From: Eledone cirrhosa
Taxonomy: Eukaryota
DNA length: 64,000 bases
Assembly: GCA_964016885.1 (NCBI GenBank)
Contig: OZ024747.1
Coordinates: 82,026,001 to 82,090,000 of the forward strand
Reading direction: 5' to 3'
Position numbers and translations under genes: made by a program
Shown here: in pieces, positions 55,324-64,000 of the stretch
How the letters are laid out: the number at the start of each line of letters is the position of its first letter
Numbering within the stretch: the stretch's first letter is position 1
The notes under the pieces: model-generated
What the model was told of the DNA's origin: nothing
Database searches by the model: none
Seen by the model: only the letters and a program-made list of their open reading frames with translations

Positions 55324-55932
55324 GGTGGCTGCCAACTCGTTTTCGAGTACGGCCACTACTTTATATCCATGTAGGAGAACCCCTACCGATGCGCTAAAAC
55401 GAGTGTGACTTTTTAGTCCAGCCAGCGACTTGGAAACTCTGGTACAAACACTACACTTGTGACAATTATTGACACATAGTGCTGGGCCCATGGTACCATG
55501 TGACGACAAGTGCAGAGAGATATCCAGATATAAAGCAATGCCTGTGCCGTGAAGCTTTTATAGTGAGCAAAGGCACTGCACAAAGCCAGTCCCACTCTCT
55601 TAACCAAGATGTTATTTACCAAAAAGAAGAACAAGTCAACATTATTGGATACCTTCTGGGTTGCTGGTGTTATATCAGAGTTTTCCTTCTCCTAGAATTC
55701 TGCCTTGACCAAGGCTAAGGGGTAATCTCTCACGGTGATTTTGGATGGCCATTGACTCTTAAGAGCTCCTTTGTCCTTTGACAGGTTTTGTTTTTAGTCC
55801 TGCAGGATGTCCAAAGTCACCCTCCTCACCAAGAAACCTTGGTGGGGTTGCCAGTTTAGTCGCTAACGACCCGACCATGAGACAGGTTGTACTGGGATAC
55901 ATATTACCAGTAGCACCAACTGGTGACCTGAC
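55324..55932 (-). mobile_element. Probable internally deleted (bipartite) RTE/BovB-like element in (TA)n
   Basis: 3' part encodes CSVCTRVSKSLAGLKSHTR, an RTE C-terminal zinc-finger-like motif. 5' part is GC-richer and UTR-like. No RT. Confidence 0.55.
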
Positions 55933-55969
55933 ATATACATATATATATACATATATATAAATACATATG

Positions 55970-56000
<31 letters not shown>

Positions 56001-56002
<2 letters not shown>

Positions 56003-56821
56003 GAAAGGCAGGTTGTACGATGCCTGCATACGAACAGCAATGTTGCATGGCAGTGAGACCTGGGCATTGTGTGCAGAGGATATACGCAGACTAGAGAGGA
56101 ACGAAGCTTGCATGCTCCGCTGGATGTGTAACAGTAATATACGTGAACGGCATAAACGAACTAAGGAAAAAATTAGAAATAAGAGGGATCAGATGTTGTT
56201 TACTCGAGAGAAGGCTACGTTGGTATGGACACGTGATGCGCATGAAAGTCGATAGCTGTATAACAAAGTGCAGGGCAATAAAGATAGACGGTAGCCACGG
56301 AATAGGCAGACCTAGAAAAACCTGGGACGAGCTGATAAACTCCGACCTCACACACTTACACCTCTCCAAGACAATGTCACTGGACCGAGACCTTTGGCGG
56401 TACTCAGTAACAGAGAAGACCCGCCTTACCTAAATACATAGTAAAACCTACTACAGCCAGTAGGCATCTCTAACAAAATACCCCCGTCCCACCACCCCCA
56501 CCACATCCACGCCACCCCGTTCTATGTAAAGTTGTGTTGGTGCCACACCATCCAGGCCGAAACAAATGAGATCGTGTAGGTGTCACGACAAAAAAACACA
56601 CAGTCCACGCTGTAATGTGGCCGTGTAGGCAACACGGTAAAAACCTCCCAGACCCACACTGTAAATGTGGTTGGTGTTAGGAAGGGCATCCAACTGTAGA
56701 AAACCTGCCAGACAGTCCTATGCGAGCAAGACAATCACTCTTGCCTCAAGTGGGACTACCCCCGTCCAAACCCATGCAAGCGTGGAACACGGACGTTAAA
56801 CGTTGATGATGATGATGATGT
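56001..56821 (+). mobile_element. 5'-truncated RTE LINE
   Basis: Near-identical to 12851-13655; 5-bp deletion frameshift near 56151; TA flanks. Confidence 0.95.
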
Positions 56822-57064
56822 TATATACATATATATATATGTATACATATGTATATATATATATATACATATGTATATATATATATACATATGTATATAT
56901 ATATATATACATATATATATATACATACATATGTATATATATATACATATATATATACATATGTATATATACATATATATATATATACATCTATATATAT
57001 ATACATCTATATATACATATGTATATATAATAAATAACAAAGAACGCTTATAGCATATGCATAT

Positions 57065-57122
57065 CTTTACTTGCTAACATTGTTTCATCCGCACTATAAG
57101 TGGGACTCATCAGAGCATAAAG
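57065..57122 (-). ncRNA. Type-I hammerhead (mirror copy)
   Basis: Reverse complement of 59723-59780. Confidence 0.78.
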
Positions 57123-57666
57123 GTTAATTACATACCATACAAGCAATAACAAATCCAAGACATTGAAGAATGAAAGGTAATAATAGACGATAAAGGATAA
57201 GAATAAAAATAAAAGTAAAAATAAAAATAAGGGGTGCTATCAGTCACAGTTGGGCGGGGTGCTGTCAACATATAGTTACATACAAGCATACACATGGATA
57301 AGAGAACAGACAAGAGTAGACACATGGATAAGAGAACAGACAAGAGTAGATAAGATAATGGGATTAGGTAAGAGTAGGTAAAAAATAGGTAAAAAATAGG
57401 TGAAAAACAGACTTATAATATATATAAATAAGAAAATATAAAGAAATACAAAGAAATACATAACAAACTTACATATAAAATATAGGGTAAGGAATGAGAT
57501 AAAATAATATAAAATTAAAATTAAAAATTATATACATAGAACATAATATAATATAATCGTAAAATAAGATAAAATAAGGTAAACTAAAATCAAATAACAT
57601 AGACTAAATTAAAATAATATAATATAAGATATAATTAAATGTATAATTAAATGTAATTAAATGTAA

Positions 57667-57710
<44 letters not shown>

Positions 57711-59128
57711 AAATTAAATAAATAAATAAAATTAAAATTTAAATTTTAAAATTAAAATTAAAATTTAAATTTAAATAAATAAATAAATAAATAAATGGAG
57801 TCAAGTAAGTAAATAAATAAAATTAGATAACATGAAATGAAATAAAATAAAATGAAATAAAGTAAATTGAGATAAGATATATATTTTTTTAGAATATATA
57901 TCTTGAATATATCAGGGGCCCACGAAGGCACTAAGTGTCACAGTTATGTGTATCACTTGACCACTCGAATCGGTCAATGTGTACACTCGAATCGGTCAAT
58001 GGCACGTGCAGACATGAATATAAGATATTATATATAAGATAAGATATATATTTTTTTAGAATATATATCTTGAATATATCAGGGGCCCACGAAGGCACTA
58101 AGTGTCACAGTTATGTGTATCACTTGACCACTCGAATCGGTCAATGTGTACACTCGAATCGGTCAATGGCACGTGCAGACATGAATATCTCCGTAGGATT
58201 TCAACTTTATTTTACTACATCTCATCGTATGTATTTGTTTTGAATATATTACCTGTGGTGGTGGGTCTGGTCTAATGTGGTATTTCGGTGTTTAATATCG
58301 GCTTTGACCCGGGTGTCCTACGCTGTGTGTGTGTGCGTGTGTGTCCGTGTATACATTTATATGTGTATGGGTGTAGGTGGTTATATGTGTCTGTATATAT
58401 AAAAAAAAATATATATGTATACCGTCTCTGCATATGCATGTGGTGTGTATACGTGCATATACGTGCTGAACATATTGATGTGTACAATCTTGTGATGTCC
58501 CAATGCGGTGACTTAATGGCTCTTGAAGCTATTTTTTATATATCTTCTGTCTTTTTATATATATTTTGTATGCGCTACAACTGTGTCTGCTTGCTTTAAC
58601 CCGCCTGCACCTCGCTTGCTAATGCACGTGAATTCTTCTACCTCCTTCGATGCACCTCTCTCTGACCATTGGACTCCTGCCCGTGTGTGAACCGGTTTGT
58701 GATTACCCCACCGCTCAACTGTGTGAATGCACACCCATGACTTTCGAGTGAACTTTCGAGACTGCCCAACCTGGGACGCCTCCATTGCCTTGCAATGGTC
58801 AAGTGATACTGGTGACTGTGACACTTAGTGCCTTCGTGGGCCCCTGATGTTTTCAAGAATTATATTTTAAAAAATTGGTCAAGTGATACACATAACTGTG
58901 ACACTTAGTGCCTTCGTGGGCCCCTGATATATTCAAGATATATATTCTAAAAAAATATATATCTTATCTCAATTTAATTTATTTCATTTTATTTTATTTC
59001 ATTTCATGTTATCTAATTTTATTTATTTACTTACTTGACTCCATTTATTTATTTATTTATTTATTTAAATTTAAATTTAAATTTTAATTTTAAAATTTAA
59101 ATTTTAATTTTATTTATTTATTTAATTT

Positions 59129-59172
<44 letters not shown>

Positions 59173-59722
59173 TTACATTTAATTACATTTAATTATACAT
59201 TTAATTATATCTTATATTATATTATTTTAATTTAGTCTATGTTATTTGATTTTAGTTTACCTTATTTTATCTTATTTTACGATTATATTATATTATGTTC
59301 TATGTATATAATTTTTAATTTTAATTTTATATTATTTTATCTCATTCCTTACCCTATATTTTATATGTAAGTTTGTTATGTATTTCTTTGTATTTCTTTA
59401 TATTTTCTTATTTATATATATTATAAGTCTGTTTTTCACCTATTTTTTACCTATTTTTTACCTACTCTTACCTAATCCCATTATCTTATCTACTCTTGTC
59501 TGTTCTCTTATCCATGTGTCTACTCTTGTCTGTTCTCTTATCCATGTGTATGCTTGTATGTAACTATATGTTGACAGCACCCCGCCCAACTGTGACTGAT
59601 AGCACCCCTTATTTTTATTTTTATTTTTACTTTTATTTTTATTCTTATCCTTTATCGTCTATTATTACCTTTCATTCTTCAATGTCTTGGATTTGTTATT
59701 GCTTGTATGGTATGTAATTAAC

Positions 59723-59780
59723 CTTTATGCTCTGATGAGTCCCACTTATAGTGCGGATGAAACAATGTTAGCAAGTAAAG
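59723..59780 (+). ncRNA. Type-I hammerhead ribozyme
   Basis: CTTTA-TGCT-CTGATGA-GTCCCACT tat AGTGcGGAT-GAAA-CAATG-TT-AGCA-ag-TAAAG; predicted GUU cleavage after 59769. Confidence 0.8.
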
Positions 59781-59910
59781 ATATGCATATGCTATAAGCG
59801 TTCTTTGTTATTTATTATATTAAGGCTCTGTCCTCAGACATTGAGCTAACCTCATACTGCCTGCTGGATAAGTGGAGTGTTATACACCCCTGATCCTTTC
59901 CCTAGCATAC

Positions 59911-60025
59911 TATGTATATATACATATGTTTATATACATACATACATATATATACATATATATATACATATGTATATATACATATGTTTATATACATACA
60001 TACATATATATACATATATATATAC

Positions 60026-60065
<40 letters not shown>

Positions 60066-60107
60066 ATATGTATATATACATATATATATATACATATGTA
60101 TATATAC

Positions 60108-60138
<31 letters not shown>

Positions 60139-60139
60139 C

Positions 60140-60170
<31 letters not shown>

Positions 60171-60291
60171 CATATGTATATATATATATACATATGTATA
60201 TATATACATATGTATATATATATATATACATATGTATATATACATATGTATATATATACATATGTATATATATATACATATGTATATATAC

Positions 60292-60322
<31 letters not shown>

Positions 60323-60361
60323 CATATATACATATATATATATATATACATATATATATAC

Positions 60362-60392
<31 letters not shown>

Positions 60393-60663
60393 CATATATA
60401 TATATGTAAGTATGTGTGTATACGTACATACATATATGTATACAGACGTACTAAGAGTGAGAAATGAAATTTCGTTTTCATTCTATTTCAACATATATAT
60501 ATACATATGTATATATACATATATATATACATATGTATATATACATATATATATACATATGTATATATACATATATATATACATATGTATATATACATAT
60601 ATATATACATATGTATATATACATATATATATATATAAATATGTATATATATATATACATATG

Positions 60664-60694
<31 letters not shown>

Positions 60695-60811
60695 ACATAT
60701 GTATATATATACAAATGTATATATATACAAATGTATATATATACAAACGTATATCTATATATATACATATGTATTTATATATATATAATATGTATATATA
60801 TATATGTATTT
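59911..60811. repeat. (TA)n / (TACATATG) microsatellite
   Basis: Directly visible; short unique insert at ~60445-60492. Confidence 0.95.
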
Positions 60812-62590
60812 ATCATCATCATCATCATCATCATCAGGTTTAGCGTCCGTGTTCCACGCTTGCATGGGTTTGGACGGGGGTTTTCCCACTTGAGGCAAGA
60901 GTGGTTGTCTTGCTCGCATAGGACTGTCTGGCGGGTTTTCTACAGTTGGATGCCCTTCCTAACACCAACCACATTTACAGTGTGGGGCTGGGAGGTTTTT
61001 ACCGTGTTGCCTACACGGCCACATTACAGCGTGGACTGTCTGGCGGGTTTTCTACAGCTGGATGCCCTTCCTAACACCAACCACATTTACAGTGTGGGGC
61101 TGGGAGGTTTTTACCGTGTTGCCTACACGGCCACATTTACAGCGTGGACTGTGTGTTTTTTGTCGTGACACCTACACGATCTCATTTGTTTCGGCCTGGA
61201 TGTTGTGGGACCAACATAACTTTACATTGAAAGGGGCGGTGTGGAGGTGGTGGGACGGGGGTGTGTTTTGATAGAGGTGCCTACTGACTGTAGTAGGTTT
61301 TTACTTTGTATTTAGGTAAGGCGGGTCTTCTCTATTACTGAGTACCGCCAAAGGTCTCGGTCCAGTGACATTGTCTTGGAGAGGTGTAAGCGTGTGAGGT
61401 CGGAATTTATCAGCTCGTCCCATGTTTTTCTGGGTCTGCCTACTCCGTGGCTACCGTCTATCTTTATTGCCCTGCACTTTGTTATACAGCTGTCGTCTTT
61501 CATGCGCATCACGTGACCGTACCAACGTAGCCTTCTCTCGAGTAAACAACATCTGATCCCTCTTATTTCTAATTTTTTTCTTAGTTCGTTTATGCTTTGC
61601 CGTTCACGTATATTACTATTGCACATCCAGCGGAGCATGCAAGCTTCGTTCCTCTCTAGTCTGCGTATATCCTCTGCACACAATGCCCAGGTCTCACTGC
61701 CATGCAGCATTGCTGTTCGTATGCAGGCATCGTATAACCTGCCTTTCATTTTTAGGGAGAACCCTCTAGCGGCTAATAGTGGTATAAGCTCTCTGAACTT
61801 TTTCCATCCAGTTCTGACTCTAGCTACTGTACTTTCAGAGCACCCTCCCCCACTGCTGATTTTGTCACCCAGATAACGGAAGCTGTCCACTATTTCTATA
61901 GAACCCTCTGCGCAGTTGAAGGAGCTAGTATTTTGTGGGCACTTGCTGCTACTTATTGCACCAGAGCACCGGCCACATGTAAAATCTATGTTCTTAGTTA
62001 GCTTACCTGTGATCCCACTACATCTTTTATGCACCCATACTTTGCATTTGGGACATAAAATGGAGTTTCTACCTACGCCTTTCCTACACACTGAGCATGG
62101 CCATTTCCCCGATGGGACCGCCGCCTTATTTTCTTTCCTACAAACTAGAACTTTAGTCTTAGCCAGGTTAATTTTAAGGCCTTTTGATTCTAGGCCGTGC
62201 TTCCACGTTTGGAATTTCTTCTCTAGTTCGGTCATTGATTCAGCTATGAGCGTTAGATCATCTGCGTATAGGAGTTCCCATGGGCAGCCGGTCTTGAACT
62301 CCTCTGTTATAGCCTGAAGGGCAATAATAAATAGTAGGGGGCTAAGTACAGAGCCCTGATGGACACCAACTTTTACGCTAAACTCTTCACTATATTCGTT
62401 GTTAATTCTAACCTTACTGACTGTTTCTTTATACATGGCTTGTATAGCTCTCACAAGCCATTCGTCAACACCTAGTTTTCTAAGAGACCACCAGATAATG
62501 GAACGGGGGACTCTGTCGAAGGCTTTCTCCAAGTCGACAAAAGCTAAGTATAGGGGTTTACTTTTAGCTAGGTACTTCTCCTGTAGTTGT
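60812..62590 (-). mobile_element. Longest RTE LINE copy, 5'-truncated inside the RT
   Basis: Uninterrupted frame from QLQEKYLA to the stop at 61312; 3' UTR; (GAT)n tail; TA flanks. Confidence 0.96.
61312..62532 (-). CDS. RTE-clade reverse transcriptase (partial) with internal PHD-like finger
   Basis: [53 protein letters not shown]. The frame extends upstream to ~62589. Confidence 0.93.
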   Translation of the reverse strand: MEKAFDRVPRSIIWWSLRKLGVDEWLVRAIQAMYKETVSKVRINNEYSEEFSVKVGVHQGSVLSPLLFIIALQAITEEFKTGCPWELLYADDLTLIAESMTELEKKFQTWKHGLESKGLKINLAKTKVLVCRKENKAAVPSGKWPCSVCRKGVGRNSILCPKCKVWVHKRCSGITGKLTKNIDFTCGRCSGAISSSKCPQNTSSFNCAEGSIEIVDSFRYLGDKISSGGGCSESTVARVRTGWKKFRELIPLLAARGFSLKMKGRLYDACIRTAMLHGSETWALCAEDIRRLERNEACMLRWMCNSNIRERQSINELRKKLEIRGIRCCLLERRLRWYGHVMRMKDDSCITKCRAIKIDGSHGVGRPRKTWDELINSDLTRLHLSKTMSLDRDLWRYSVIEKTRLT

Positions 62591-62970
<380 letters not shown>

Positions 62971-63291
62971 AGACGTATAGTATATTATAAAAGTTTTATT
63001 GGTGTTCTGTTTAGTGTGTAAACACTATATAAATAAAACACCTTAATTACAACGATGAAATTCTTAGGTTGTCAGCAGGTCCAAATGATAGCTTAACACA
63101 CAAACAGTAACATAGTCTAGCTGATGGTATTATGTTTGTTGCAATAGATTAAGTTAATATCTCTTATAATTTGTTATTAATTCGATTAGATTTTTACGAA
63201 AAGTTAAGAAAGAATTAGAGGTGATTGTAAACAGAATATCTTAAAATGAAAAGCAATAAAAGTAGATTACACATACTCACACACATATATA

Positions 63292-63420
63292 CAGGGTGTT
63301 CCAAAAAAATGTATACTTGCATGAAATGCACTAGATTTGATGCATTGTTGCAGCGACTAACACATAAATTTTAGATCTTGTCATTTTGTTTACATAGGCA
63401 TTCTATTTTGTTTTATTTCA
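63292..63420. mobile_element. Possible Tc1/mariner terminal sequence
   Basis: TA|CAGGGTGTTCCAAAAAAATG resembles mariner TIR starts; no partner end seen in the window. Confidence 0.35.
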
Positions 63421-63422
63421 AA

Positions 63423-63734
63423 CATGTGAGAGAGAAACTGTGTATAAGTGAGATAGGCTGTAGTGTGCGGGAGAGAAGACTGCGTTGGTATGGACATGTG
63501 ATGCGCATGGAGGATGACCGCTGGGTAAAGAAGTGCCAAGAAATCCCAGTAGAAGGAAGACGCAGTAGAGGAAGACCACGAAAGACATGGGCGGAGGTGG
63601 TGAGAGCAGACCTCAGATCGCTGAAGCTCACGGAGGAGATGACAAAGGACCGTGATGAATGGAGAGATACCGTGCTTAATAGGACCCGTCCCACCCTTGC
63701 AAGCAGGGAAAAGCAGACGTAAAATGATGATGAT
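63423..63734 (+). mobile_element. RTE LINE 3' fragment (short-UTR subfamily)
   Basis: [12 protein letters not shown]...GRPRKTWAEVV...DRDEWR; GAT tail. Confidence 0.92.
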
Positions 63735-64000
63735 TTAAAAGAAAGATAAAAGCAAATTATTGAAAATACTGCATGGTTATATTTCTATAATTCATTGCTG
63801 TCAGTGATCGTACACTTGCCTTTAATTTCCAGCTTATGTTTGACAGCCTCTTCCACTAGATGAACACTACAAATATGTCAGGATAAGATTTGTAAGAGTT
63901 ATAGATGCAACTTTTCAGATATTACACATAGCAATTTCTGTAATATCTTTTTGAGTAAACTTTATCTAAAGCTTTTGAATGAGATGGTATGATTGTATAT

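Larger units (their letters stand above)
57025..59910 (+). mobile_element. Large fold-back PLE-like element with no recognisable ORF
   Basis: ~940-bp arms 57025-57963 and 58876-59820 are near-perfect reverse complements. ~90-nt tail, HHR in each arm, TA flanks. Confidence 0.82.

Noticed and set aside
61592-62317. Plus-strand ORFs over the RTE (and 12724-13224 on -)
   Set aside because: Antisense shadows of the RT frame.

Overview
Very AT-rich eukaryotic (animal) intronic or intergenic DNA. The SINE, RTE and microsatellite content suggests a cephalopod or other mollusc (inference only). I can support no host protein-coding gene. Nearly all listed ORFs are (YI)n/(CV)n read-throughs of microsatellites. 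Two large (TA)n clusters (about 0.7-13.8 kb and 54.8-63.0 kb) are packed with retroelements, each flanked by (TA)n: 5'-truncated RTE-clade LINEs with a PHD-like finger inside the RT, and Penelope-like (PLE) fold-back elements, one with an intact Naiad-type GIY-YIG ORF. Reading both strands gives 12 type-I hammerhead ribozyme (HHR) motifs of 7 distinct sequence types. These include one with a ~115-nt stem II and a ~460-bp non-coding unit with two different HHRs on opposite strands, my best candidate for an undescribed system. The rest holds decayed R4/Dong, CR1-like and RTE LINEs, tRNA-derived SINEs (several with exact TSDs), a hAT MITE and a probable Helitron. All pairings and coordinates were read by eye; no searches or folding were run.
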